Shown here: piece after piece, positions 29,162-39,087 of the stretch
Layout of the letters: every line of letters starts with the position of its first letter
Numbering within the stretch: the stretch's first letter is position 1
From: an uncultured candidate division Zixibacteria bacterium
Lineage (GTDB): Bacteria; Zixibacteria; MSB-5A5; GN15; FEB-12
Assembly (NCBI GenBank): GCA_963664195.1
Contig: OY760907.1
Span: 3,136,001-3,200,000 of the forward strand
Length of the DNA: 64,000 nt
Direction of reading: 5' to 3'
The notes under the pieces: generated by a model
Seen by the model: only the letters and a program-made list of their open reading frames with translations
Told to the model about the DNA's origin: nothing
Database searches by the model: none
Program-made: the position numbers and the translations under genes

Positions 29162-30433
29162 CTATTCGCACTCCTGCAACGGTGTGAGGGAGATGAACAG
29201 GTGATCTATCAGCATCGTCAGGTCAGCCATGGTGACTTCAGGGGCACTATCGAGATGAGCTTCCTCGGGACAGGCAAGGGGAGCCAGGGAAATGAAGAGG
29301 TTGTCTATTAAGACGGTCAGGTCCGACATACTAACCATGTCTTCGGAATCCCCGTCGATGTTACCGACCGTGCCGGTGCAGCAGTTATTGCAGCCCGGTC
29401 CGTATGTGCCCATCTGTCCGCAGGCGTTGTTTTCCTCCAAACATGGCGAGCCAACGGTCAGGCCGTAGTCGCCTCCAGCCGTGTCGCAAAGGAGAGGGTC
29501 GGCAGAGATATTATCATTTTCGCCGAGTTGCGAGGCCAGATATTCGGACCAATCGCCGCCTTCGTTGCCGTACATATTGCTGCAACCAAAGTAGACGTGG
29601 GACGGGGATTCCACTATTTGGATCGGCATACCGCCAGAGTTGAAAGCCACGTTACAAAACTCCAGAGTGGTAGTGCCGGACCAGGTTGCAATTGCCGCGC
29701 CCGTTTCAGAATGGTTGCGCAAAAACGTGCTTCCGACAATAACGGTGTTTCCGGCAACTGCCAGAGCTCCACCTGTCGGACCAGAGTTATTTACGAAAGA
29801 GCAGTCGAATATCTCCAGCAGTACACCGTAGTCGAGCACGCCGATAGCTCCGCCGGCACTTGCGGATACGTTGTTTTCAAAGGTGCATCGTTCAACCGTT
29901 ACGTTGGACCCGCCCGCGCAAACTGCCCCGCCACAGTATCCCTGATTGTTCCGGAACACACAATCTGATATCTGCGCCGTGCCGCCATCAATGGTTACGC
30001 CGTTGCCTCCGTCCGGAAGCCCCTTCCCGAATATGCAGTTGCTTACGGAGATGTGTGCGTCGCTCCAGGATACTTTGGCTGTAATGCTTTCCGTGAAGGT
30101 GATCCCTTCGAGGATTACGCTGTCACCGTCTCCCGATAGAATGTAGTCTAACTGACCCTGGCCGTTTATAGTCACACAGTTCGGCTCTCCAGACTCACTG
30201 CGCAGACAGACATGCGATGTATTCAGCACAATCCCTTCTTCCTGGTATGTCCCGCAAGAAATCAGCACGGTGTCGCCGGATGAGGCCACATCGATCCCGG
30301 CCCGAATAGTCGGGGCGTCACTCGGAACGTGGATGGTCGCTGCTGAGGCGAATCCAGAAGTCAATACAACAAGCGCGCACAACGGTAATAGCACACGCCA
30401 GATACGAGTGTTGATTACAGATACAACTGCCAT
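29162..30433 (-). CDS. Secreted parallel beta-helix (Pmp-like GGA/FxxN repeats) protein with duplicated dockerin-like C-terminus
   Basis: Signal peptide, TIHVP..PTI..GI, repeated F.NN...GGA, ISADPL.C and a tandem DLT.LID.LFISL repeat. Confidence 0.82.
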   Translation of the reverse strand: MAVVSVINTRIWRVLLPLCALVVLTSGFASAATIHVPSDAPTIRAGIDVASSGDTVLISCGTYQEEGIVLNTSHVCLRSESGEPNCVTINGQGQLDYILSGDGDSVILEGITFTESITAKVSWSDAHISVSNCIFGKGLPDGGNGVTIDGGTAQISDCVFRNNQGYCGGAVCAGGSNVTVERCTFENNVSASAGGAIGVLDYGVLLEIFDCSFVNNSGPTGGALAVAGNTVIVGSTFLRNHSETGAAIATWSGTTTLEFCNVAFNSGGMPIQIVESPSHVYFGCSNMYGNEGGDWSEYLASQLGENDNISADPLLCDTAGGDYGLTVGSPCLEENNACGQMGTYGPGCNNCCTGTVGNIDGDSEDMVSMSDLTVLIDNLFISLAPLACPEEAHLDSAPEVTMADLTMLIDHLFISLTPLQECE

Positions 30434-30612
30434 TGCATGAATCTCCCATAAGGATGCGATAGTGAGCACAGTCCTGTTTAATTGTGCTTGCCTGTAACAG
30501 ATAGACCAGCGATTCGGATGCTCTCTCCCGGTATCTCAAATATAACGGATTGCGATTTCGACGCAAGCAGTATGTAGATATCACGCGCCATGATGTATTG
30601 CGAGGGCGACGT

Positions 30613-32280
30613 CTATGCTTTCCGGCGATGCTCAAGCAGAATCTGATTCTTTTCCGAGCGTGACTCGCCTACTGCCGTTATATAGATCGCCTTCTGGTCC
30701 GCGACCGGACAGGCGAATTCGCACGCGCCGCAGCCGGTGCAGATAGCAGGATCGATATACGGACGTTTCACTCGCACCTCATCACCTTCGTGATTGGTGA
30801 CAATCTCCTCTTTCAGGTAGATAGCCTTGGGAGATGTCGGACACCATTCCTCACAAACGATACAAGGTGTAGCCATGGCCCACGGTAGACAGCGCCCTCG
30901 ATCAAGGAAAGCGGTGCCGATCCGATTCGGCTGTGTCTCGTTGTCGCCGACCTTCTGTTTGAGCGTCAGTTCTTGAATTGCGCCGGTGGGGCAGACCTGA
31001 CCGCAGAGCGTGCAGGTTGGCTCGCAGTAGCCGATTCTGGCAATCATCACCGGAGTCCACATCGCTTCGAGGCCTGACTGCAGAAGCGTAGGGTGGAGGG
31101 CATTGTTCGGGCAGACGCGCATGCATTGTCCGCAGCGGATACATCGTGCCAGGAAGTCATGTTCGTCGACCGAGCCTGGAGGACGAATAGTCAAGGGACT
31201 GGCATTGACTGCGAAAGCATCGCCGGAACGGAAGCCGGCAAAGATAGCCAGGCCAGCTGCCACTGATCCGATGACTTTCCTTCGGGAGATGTCAACTTTC
31301 GGTGTTGCAGCCGGGTTTTCGACCGTGTTTTCCTGTTCGGGGAAGAACTTGAAACTCAGCGCTCCCTGTGGACATGACGCCTGACAGTTCAGGCACAGAT
31401 GACACTCCGCCTTGCGCCAACGTGTGCCTACGTCGGGATTGTCCGCACCCTGACAGGATACCAGGCAGAGGTTGCAGTGATCGCACGCTGACGCCTTCTT
31501 TTCCAGTCCGAGAATCGCAAAACGTGAGAAATAACCGAGCAGTGCGCCGAGTGGACATATCCCTCGACACCAGAACCGGGTGAATAGTCTGTTCATGACA
31601 ATGACGATGAAGAAGAAAACGCCAAGGCTGATGATTGTATGAAAGTGCGCCTGCCTGAACGGAAGCAGAGCGGCAGCAAACAGGTCGTACAGGAATCGCG
31701 TGACCGACATCACGGGCGGAATACCGGTTCCCATTAGAGTATCGCGAGCACCTATCGACAACGTGTGCAATATCGGTAAGAGAACCGTCCCGATCGATCT
31801 TGCCAGCAGCGGCAGCGGATCAAGCAGTCCCATCTGAAGGCTCCCGCCTATCGATGTCCCTATTAGGGTGAACAGGATGTAGTATTTGAGACGTTGGTAC
31901 TTCTTGTATCGATTAGACTCGATCCTCCGGGCGCCCTTGCGTGCCCTGCGTTCTGAGCCTATCTCAGAAATCCAATGATTGAGCGTTCCGAACGGGCAGA
32001 CCCAGCCGCAGAAGAATCGCCCTATGAATATAGTCGGTATGAGTATCACCAGTGACCACAGCAAACCTTTGTAGATCGAACCCGTGGTCAGGAGTGTCAT
32101 CAGTGCCACCAGCGGGTCAAACTCGAGCGCAACAGAAACCGGATACGGGAGGATGATTGCACCGGCGTCGCTCGGACTGAAATCGACCTCAAACGTCGTT
32201 TTGAGAATTAGCCAGAAGAACACGAAGAAGAAGACGGTTTGAGAAACGCGCCGGAGATTTCTGGCAGTTCTGACGGTCAT
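30613..32280 (-). CDS. Membrane polyferredoxin (NapH/MauN-like fused to NapG/MauM-like domain)
   Basis: GRFFCGWVCP, RFWC..ICP, several CxxCxxCxxxCP motifs and IRPPG. Confidence 0.88.
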   Translation of the reverse strand: MTVRTARNLRRVSQTVFFFVFFWLILKTTFEVDFSPSDAGAIILPYPVSVALEFDPLVALMTLLTTGSIYKGLLWSLVILIPTIFIGRFFCGWVCPFGTLNHWISEIGSERRARKGARRIESNRYKKYQRLKYYILFTLIGTSIGGSLQMGLLDPLPLLARSIGTVLLPILHTLSIGARDTLMGTGIPPVMSVTRFLYDLFAAALLPFRQAHFHTIISLGVFFFIVIVMNRLFTRFWCRGICPLGALLGYFSRFAILGLEKKASACDHCNLCLVSCQGADNPDVGTRWRKAECHLCLNCQASCPQGALSFKFFPEQENTVENPAATPKVDISRRKVIGSVAAGLAIFAGFRSGDAFAVNASPLTIRPPGSVDEHDFLARCIRCGQCMRVCPNNALHPTLLQSGLEAMWTPVMIARIGYCEPTCTLCGQVCPTGAIQELTLKQKVGDNETQPNRIGTAFLDRGRCLPWAMATPCIVCEEWCPTSPKAIYLKEEIVTNHEGDEVRVKRPYIDPAICTGCGACEFACPVADQKAIYITAVGESRSEKNQILLEHRRKA

Positions 32281-33233
32281 GAAATAATCTCTTTGTAGCC
32301 GATTGATTCGTAATCCACTTTCCCAAGTCCGGATGCCTGCGCCAACGCGATATGGCTCACCAGATCGCCGCTCAGTCCGAGGAATTCACAGGCGCGGGCG
32401 TCGAGCGCCACCTGATCAATGGAACAAATCACTGTGTTCTCGATAGTCACATCGTCGAGCGATCCGCCCTGCGGGCCACCCCGGTGCAATACGCGAGTGG
32501 CATCGGCAATCGTCAGTGTGGGGCGACAGAACGAGGCGAGATCGACAATGGATTGATCTATCTGCTGATGTAGTTGGTTCCGTCGGCCGCCGAGAATACC
32601 GTATAGGTTTTTCATTCCCACAGTGCAGGTTGAGAGTGAGTGCTGTTTGACGATCGGCATGTTTATCATGCGGTCGGTTTCGACGAAGTACTTCAACACG
32701 GGCCAGGAAGTGAGCAACTTTCCGCCCATGTCAACTTTGATGTAGTCCTGCTCGACAGGGAGAATGACCTCGGCACCAGCTTTTTCCGCGGCTTCGCGGA
32801 TTCCGGAGCGAAGGAAACAGCGCCTGGGGTCGTTGCAGGTCACGTCGGTAACGATGACCTTTGATGCTCCTGCTTGATAGCAGAGCCGGACCATCTCGCC
32901 TACGAGAATCGGATTGGTATTGGCTGCCTGTTCGGGTGCGCGATCCCAGCCGACATTTGGTTTGACCGTAACTTTTTCGCCGGGCTTGACGAAGCGTTTT
33001 ATACCGCCGATTGCGTCCAGAGCTGAGTTCAAGGCTGCGACCGGATCGTCCTGTCGGGCAAGCGTGATTCCCGGAAGTGACTTGTCCGGCGCGGCTTCAA
33101 AAGAAGTATTCCTTTCCAGCACTGAGCTGTGGCCGGTTGAATTGCGATTATGGAAGAACAGACCGGTGGCACTCGTGACGGTGGCCAGGGCAAGCGCTTT
33201 GCCACCCTGCTTGAGGAATTCTCTTCGTTTCAT
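32277..33233 (-). CDS. DUF362 protein with twin-arginine signal
   Basis: MKRREFLK Tat motif; VKPN..W, NTNP, K.H...T..MKN..G and D.VA.D. Confidence 0.88.
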   Translation of the reverse strand: MKRREFLKQGGKALALATVTSATGLFFHNRNSTGHSSVLERNTSFEAAPDKSLPGITLARQDDPVAALNSALDAIGGIKRFVKPGEKVTVKPNVGWDRAPEQAANTNPILVGEMVRLCYQAGASKVIVTDVTCNDPRRCFLRSGIREAAEKAGAEVILPVEQDYIKVDMGGKLLTSWPVLKYFVETDRMINMPIVKQHSLSTCTVGMKNLYGILGGRRNQLHQQIDQSIVDLASFCRPTLTIADATRVLHRGGPQGGSLDDVTIENTVICSIDQVALDARACEFLGLSGDLVSHIALAQASGLGKVDYESIGYKEIIS

Positions 33234-33308
33234 ATATGTGTCCGTGCGGTTGGATTGCTATTCGGAAACATAGTGCGACACAACGGGAAACGCAACATTG
33301 TTTGTCCG
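33212..33308. repeat. 97-bp exact direct repeat, copy 1 (DUF362 promoter plus first 22 nt of the gene)
   Basis: TGAGGAATTCTC...CATTGTTTGTCCG, identical to 34394..34490; contains minus-strand TTGCGT-N17-TATGTT (33267..33295). Confidence 0.95.
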
Positions 33309-33462
33309 GAAGTGGGGATATCTCGGGGGCGTTTGCATGCTGGAAGGGTCCTCATGGTTGGATACGATACTGACGCGACGAAGATCGTGCTTGAAGCTAG
33401 CCAGTTAAGATGCTATGCTGAGTCAATCGTGTTACTGATACTACTTGAGACGGGTACCTATT

Positions 33463-34353
33463 ATGATGTTCTCCACGCCTAATGATGAACCGATGCCAGA
33501 GGATCAGCAGACTCCACCTAAAAGTGATGGACTGTGGACGAGATTCGTCGGTGTATGTAATCGAAACAAGCCTGCTATCGAAGTCATATCGCTTGTTGTC
33601 GGAATTCTCGTGGCTTGCTTGTCTCTATGGTATCTGAGTTACCAAATAGGGAATATTGCCGAGCAGAACCAGAATAGTGAAAAGAGAGCCTCGGCGCTTG
33701 CCAATCAGACGCAGGCAGTTGTCAATCAGTCGAAAGCCGTCATCGAACAGACAGAACAGAACAGAGCATCGGCAGCAGAGCAGATAGATGCAATCTTCAA
33801 GCAGAACCTCTTGCTTTCTGGGCAAGCTCAAGCCCTGTGGTACGCGACTCGTCCTGCTATCAAGATTCTCCCCATAGCTCCAGATGCAGATATCCGGCCA
33901 TTTGACGGCGTGTCAATGGTACAGATAGGGTATGACCCGGATTCTTACAGCAGGGATTCTGATACAGCGAACAAATTCAACATGTACTATACACTTGAGA
34001 ACGTCGGGAGGTCCCCTGCACTACTCGATTCCATAAAATACGAAGTAGTAAACCAGAGTTACACGGCCTTCCCAATGCAAGGCTTGTACAGTTTGGTCCT
34101 AGTGCAAACTGACAGGGTGGTACAGCGCGTCCCTATAGTGTTTTCGAAGGAAGACACGACGCTCCTGCAGATTGGTGTTTACTACAGATTCGAAATGACA
34201 ACCCCTGTAACAACACCGTTTCCTCCGTTGGTCAAGAGCTTTAACATAGTGTTCACGGATGATAAATGGCGGGTTGGGGTGTTGCCAATCGAAGAGTTCG
34301 ATAGACTGGTCTTACGGTTCAAGAACGCGGCACTAAAGACCGAGGGTCAGTGA
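33463..34353 (+). CDS. Orphan single-TM protein with Gln-rich coiled coil and beta-rich C-terminal domain
   Basis: Long ORF with TM segment VISLVVGILVACLSLWYL; own promoter TTGAAG-N17-TATGCT (33391..33419); start may be 33463 or 33493. Confidence 0.7.
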   Translation: MMFSTPNDEPMPEDQQTPPKSDGLWTRFVGVCNRNKPAIEVISLVVGILVACLSLWYLSYQIGNIAEQNQNSEKRASALANQTQAVVNQSKAVIEQTEQNRASAAEQIDAIFKQNLLLSGQAQALWYATRPAIKILPIAPDADIRPFDGVSMVQIGYDPDSYSRDSDTANKFNMYYTLENVGRSPALLDSIKYEVVNQSYTAFPMQGLYSLVLVQTDRVVQRVPIVFSKEDTTLLQIGVYYRFEMTTPVTTPFPPLVKSFNIVFTDDKWRVGVLPIEEFDRLVLRFKNAALKTEGQ

Positions 34354-34393
34354 GGGCTTAGATTCTTGTCATACTGGGATCCAGAGTAACTAA

Positions 34394-34490
34394 TGAGGAA
34401 TTCTCTTCGTTTCATATATGTGTCCGTGCGGTTGGATTGCTATTCGGAAACATAGTGCGACACAACGGGAAACGCAACATTGTTTGTCCG
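34394..34490. repeat. 97-bp exact direct repeat, copy 2
   Basis: Identical to 33212..33308. Confidence 0.95.
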
Positions 34491-34531
34491 TTTGTCGTGA
34501 CTATACTCTATCTTGAATAGAATTCGATGGC

Positions 34532-37500
34532 TCAGGAATTCTGAGCCACTGACACGGATTGTCTGGCGGTATCTAGTTCGGTTCGTATTGCCTGAGCAAT
34601 CGACTTGAGGGTTACCGGCTTTTTCACGAAGGCTCCCGCGCCAAGTTCGATAGCGGCACTGACACGGTCGCTCTCGGCGTAGCCGGATACGATAATGGCC
34701 TTCTGCTCGGGGTTGGTCGTCAGGATGTTTCGATAGGTATCGACCCCGTCCATTCCGGGCATGATCATATCCAGGATCAGAATATCCGGAGTACTCTGAG
34801 CGACCATTGCGATAGCCCGTTCTCCGCTCTCGGCGACTCGTACGTTATAGCCGAGCTTCTTCAGAAGCATCTTTGTAACTTCCCCCTGGGGTCCATCGTC
34901 GTCAATGATCAGGACGCTCTCAGTGCCTCCCGTCAACTGCACGCGGCTCTCCCCGGTGAGTTTCTCGTCAGTGACGGGGAAGTAGAGATGGAAGGAAGTC
35001 CCTTCATCCAGCGCGGTTTCACACTCTATCATACCGCCGTGATCTTCCATTACTGCGTGGACGATACTCAGTCCGAGTCCGGACCCACGTTTGCGATCTG
35101 CTGATTTGGTGCTGAAGAACGGATCGAACATGTGGGATATTGTCTCTGATGACATGCCCGGACCGTTGTCGGCGACAGTGAGGCGGACGAATTGTCCCGG
35201 GAGAGGGATGCCTTGTTCCAGGGTGACGTTTTCCGTTTGGATTCGCACCTTCCCGTCCCTTGATACCACGTCATGAGCGTTCGTGAGCAAGTTGTTGATT
35301 ACGCGCATGATCTGGGCGCGACCGCCGCGTGCGAGAAGCAGGTCGGGATGCAATTCGGTGCTTATGGACACACCAGTGTTTGTGGGGTCGATTGCCATAA
35401 CGGCCTGCTCAACGACTTCGTTCAAGTTCACTGGCTCCATATTGTAATGGCCGCGTCGGCCCAGCGTCAGGAGCTGCTGGTTGATCTCAGATATCTGGCT
35501 GGCGGCAGCTTCCATGCTGGCCAGCATGGGCAGCACGGAATGATTCTCAGGAAGGTCAAGCCGGATCAACTCAGGGAAGGCCACCAGCGGACCGAGCAAG
35601 TTATTGAAGTCGTGAGCCACCTGACCGGCGACTCGTCCCGCGGTCTCAAGTCTCTGTGCCTGTTCGGCGAATTCTCGCAGTTTGCGAATCTCGGTAACGT
35701 CGTGAACAGCGCCGAACATGCGGACGGGCTTGCCGTCCACAACTTCCAGTTCGTTCATGACTTCTGCAATCCGCACACTTCCATCCTTGCGGATCAGGCG
35801 ACACTCGAATGTACTCGATCCATGACGCTCTCGCAGAATGCGGTATTCTTCTTCAACGCGCTCCCAGTCGTCGGGGTGCGTGGTCACACGCACTCTTTCG
35901 GATGCAAGGGCCGGCAATTCATCGGCACTGTAACCGACGATTCGCAGAAGTTCGTCCGACCACCTTATGGTATCAGTGATAAGATCGTAATCGAAACTTC
36001 CCATGTGGGCTGTTGCCTGGGCACGGGCGAGGTGATGCCTGCTTTGCTGAAGGTCCTTTTCGATCTGTTTGCGTTCCGTTATATTCTGGGCGAACAGAAC
36101 GACACTACTGACTGATCCGGTCGCGTTTTCGACAGGTCGGCATATACAAAAGTACGTGTTTCCGTCACGGCAGTCTTCCCATGAGGCTCTTTTTCCGGTT
36201 TTAATTACATCGATCAGGATGTTCTCTCTCGATGCTGCAAGCTCGGCAGGGAAATGTGAGAATATGACTGTTCCGACAAGCTCCTCGGGTGTTGTATTGA
36301 GTCTTTCGGCGCCGGTCATGTTTGTCGCCAGAACAATACCGTTGGAGTCGATCATCATGAACGTTTCCTGCGTAGTATCAATGAGTGCGCGTGCCGTTTC
36401 CTCGCTGCGTCTGAGTTGCATTTCTCTCTCGAATCGTTGAGAGATGTCTCTGAAGACGACGACGACTCCCAATACTTCGCCGTCGTGGTCACGAATCGGT
36501 GCGCCGCTGGGGGAGATATGCTTGCGCGTACCATCTCGAGCAATCAGAGTCGATTCGCTGTTGAGGAACACTTTGTCGTCGGTCGGGTTTAGGGCTTCCT
36601 CGACGACAAAGATATCGGTCAGGGGCCTGCCTGCGGCCTCGGATGCCGTCCAGCCGGTAAGCTCTTGGGCGATAGGGTTGATCCCGATTATGAAGCCGTC
36701 CCGGTCCGTGCGAATAACGGCTTCACCTATGCTGTTGATAGTCACAAGAAGTTCATCGCGACTCATCTGGAGTTCAGAGAGCTTTCCGGTCAGGGTGGAG
36801 CAAAGAGTGTTGAAGCTATTGGAGAGGGACTCAAGCTCGGGGCTGCCGCGTTCGTCAACATGCTGGTCGAGATCGCCAAGAGCGATGCGTTCGGCCACGG
36901 ATGTGATGCGAGTCAGCGGGCGAGCCACTATCTCGGCCACCAGAAGACTGGCCGCAACGCCGATCAGCATCATGACCAGACCAACAAGTACAGAGTTCTT
37001 GAGGACACCTTCCAATTGTGCGCGAACGGCATCCGTGTGCACACTGGCACCATACAAAACGGGACGATTCTGACCGTCAGTCGCCGGTAGAATGGCCGTG
37101 CGGGAACTGCCGAGTTCGTCGATCTTGTCTATCACCCTGGTAGTCCCCGTGCGGGATATCTCGAAATACACATCTATTCCATTCCGGAATGCAGTGAACA
37201 GTGGTACGGCTGGATGGTCCGGATTGAGTTCCGGAAGAGAAGAAGTAGATGTGATAACCCCCTGGCTGTCCAGTAGCAGCATGCTGCCGACCGACTCCAG
37301 ATCATAGGCAGTGCACAGAGAGTCCAGTTGATTGACAATGACCATATATCCCGGTTCGCCCAGCGACTCCGCTGGTTCAATAGAGTCATGATACCCCTCG
37401 GGGAGCGTTTTCCGGACCAGATCGGCTGCCAGAATGAGTTTGGTGTCTATGGAGTCGAGGAAAGAGGACTTCTGTCTGTTGTAGAGGATAAAGCTGAAAG

Positions 37501-37561
37501 CGGTTGAGGTGAGTATAACGATCACACTCATTACTATGAGTATGCGGGTTTTGATGCGCAT
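34532..37561 (-). CDS. Hybrid sensor histidine kinase (periplasmic sensor, HAMP, 3 PAS, HisKA, HATPase, REC)
   Basis: Two TM helices, HAMP, PAS/PAC repeats, H-box VAHDFNNLL, DNGPG, FFSTK, GSGLGL and receiver LDMIMP. Confidence 0.92.
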   Translation of the reverse strand: MRIKTRILIVMSVIVILTSTAFSFILYNRQKSSFLDSIDTKLILAADLVRKTLPEGYHDSIEPAESLGEPGYMVIVNQLDSLCTAYDLESVGSMLLLDSQGVITSTSSLPELNPDHPAVPLFTAFRNGIDVYFEISRTGTTRVIDKIDELGSSRTAILPATDGQNRPVLYGASVHTDAVRAQLEGVLKNSVLVGLVMMLIGVAASLLVAEIVARPLTRITSVAERIALGDLDQHVDERGSPELESLSNSFNTLCSTLTGKLSELQMSRDELLVTINSIGEAVIRTDRDGFIIGINPIAQELTGWTASEAAGRPLTDIFVVEEALNPTDDKVFLNSESTLIARDGTRKHISPSGAPIRDHDGEVLGVVVVFRDISQRFEREMQLRRSEETARALIDTTQETFMMIDSNGIVLATNMTGAERLNTTPEELVGTVIFSHFPAELAASRENILIDVIKTGKRASWEDCRDGNTYFCICRPVENATGSVSSVVLFAQNITERKQIEKDLQQSRHHLARAQATAHMGSFDYDLITDTIRWSDELLRIVGYSADELPALASERVRVTTHPDDWERVEEEYRILRERHGSSTFECRLIRKDGSVRIAEVMNELEVVDGKPVRMFGAVHDVTEIRKLREFAEQAQRLETAGRVAGQVAHDFNNLLGPLVAFPELIRLDLPENHSVLPMLASMEAAASQISEINQQLLTLGRRGHYNMEPVNLNEVVEQAVMAIDPTNTGVSISTELHPDLLLARGGRAQIMRVINNLLTNAHDVVSRDGKVRIQTENVTLEQGIPLPGQFVRLTVADNGPGMSSETISHMFDPFFSTKSADRKRGSGLGLSIVHAVMEDHGGMIECETALDEGTSFHLYFPVTDEKLTGESRVQLTGGTESVLIIDDDGPQGEVTKMLLKKLGYNVRVAESGERAIAMVAQSTPDILILDMIMPGMDGVDTYRNILTTNPEQKAIIVSGYAESDRVSAAIELGAGAFVKKPVTLKSIAQAIRTELDTARQSVSVAQNS

Positions 37562-37899
37562 GCAGTAGCTCCGTAGTCCCTTGTGTAGTGCCCAGTACCG
37601 ATACGAGTTCGCTCAGTTCCTGGTGGTACGTGCGTGCGAGGTGTGTTCGGCCATTTGATGATCTACGCTATCGTGCCACTATTACCAGTCTATCGGCAGA
37701 AGCGGATAGCATTTAACCCGTTGTTGTTCAATAGATAGAGATAGTGGAGTGTATCAATCATAACACCTGAATCACGCAGCGTCAATTGTGTGGTTCTCTT
37801 GTTGACACAAACCCATGGAGATCACATCTTGAACGGGCGAGGTCTTTTCGTGGTCCGGTTGTGTATCAGGACAATATTCAAGAAGATGCGAGATAGTCA

Positions 37900-38917
37900 A
37901 TGTCTGCGAACATGTTGGATCGTGCTTTGTGGTACACTGATCCCGGCGCAAAGGATCGGGAATCATACACTCTTTTGTTGCAAGTCTGGCCACGGCGCTG
38001 AAACTGAGCGATGGTGCCGTGGACCCGGTCTGGTTAATGGGCAGCACCGGATTTGCATTCAGACTGTTTGTCAACGAGACAATGTGCCCCAGCGCGATGA
38101 GCGTTTTCGATTGGACGCGAATCCTCCCGGAGTCGGTCCGGCAGATGGGACGGGAATGCAGCTATATCAGTCGGCTCTGGGAAGAAAAGGCGGTGGAAGA
38201 GAGGAGAGACGTCGCGAGGGGCATCAGGCTATTGCAGCCGGGATTGAGCGGGGTGTTCCAGCGGTGGTGTGGGATGTTCATGACACTGAATGGGGTGTCA
38301 TTGTCGGCTATGACGACAACGCGGGCGGTTACAACACTCTGACCTGTGAGGGAAACGCCGGATCGTTGCCTTACGAACTGCTGGGACAGAACGGTGTCGA
38401 TGTGCTCTCTGTAGTGATACCGGGGGATGTGAATCATCGTGATCGCAAGGTTGTGATCAGGAACTCGCTGGAGACGGCTGTACGGCATGCGCGGCAGCAG
38501 GAATGGGCTGACAGGCCGGAGTACCAAAACGGATTGGAGGGATTCGATCTCTGGGCGCTGTTGTTTGAGCGCTGGGGGATGCTCATCGAGACGGGGAATG
38601 CGAGTAATATCGGTGTCGATATTGAGGCTTTCGCGAGATATTACGCCAATCACCACTTCTCGGCCCGTTGCTATGCATGCGACTATCTCAAGACAATCGC
38701 CGATGGAGATGCTCTTTTAGAGGGGGCGGCGCGTCAATACGAAATGGTCGCGGAGTCCCTGAGACCCCTGTGGAAGCAACTGGTTGTGAGCAGGGAAGAG
38801 GCCACTTCAAGTAGCCTTCGTGGCATGTCTGAGCGCATCAGAGAAGCCAAAACGGTGGAGGAAGAAGGGATTCGTCTGATTGAAGCACATCTGGATGAGG
38901 TGCAACCGGATCTGTGA
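37900..38917 (+). pseudogene. Hypothetical gene (BtrH/C39-like fold suspected) broken by two frameshifts
   Basis: A coherent protein needs three frames: MSANMLDRALWYTDP (from 37900), GIIHSFVASLATAL...DPVWLMGSTGFAFR...SRLWEEK, then EERRREGHQAI...WGVIVGYDD to the stop at 38917. Confidence 0.55.
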
Positions 38918-38993
38918 GCCTGCCTAACGGTATGTCGGTCTGCAAGTTAGTAGCATGTGCACGCTTTGCGCAGCAAGAAACGCCTGATTGTGC

Positions 38994-39020
38994 TAAAATT
39001 AACCTTGACTTTGCCGATAA
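38994..39020 (+). promoter_or_regulatory. Consensus sigma28 (FliA/WhiG-type) promoter upstream of marR
   Basis: TAAA-N15-GCCGATAA, an exact match to the consensus. Confidence 0.6.
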
Positions 39021-39087
39021 ATATGATTGTATATGCAATAACAGGCGCGACTGCGGCGTATGGCCCCGGTAGGAGAATGATGATAGC

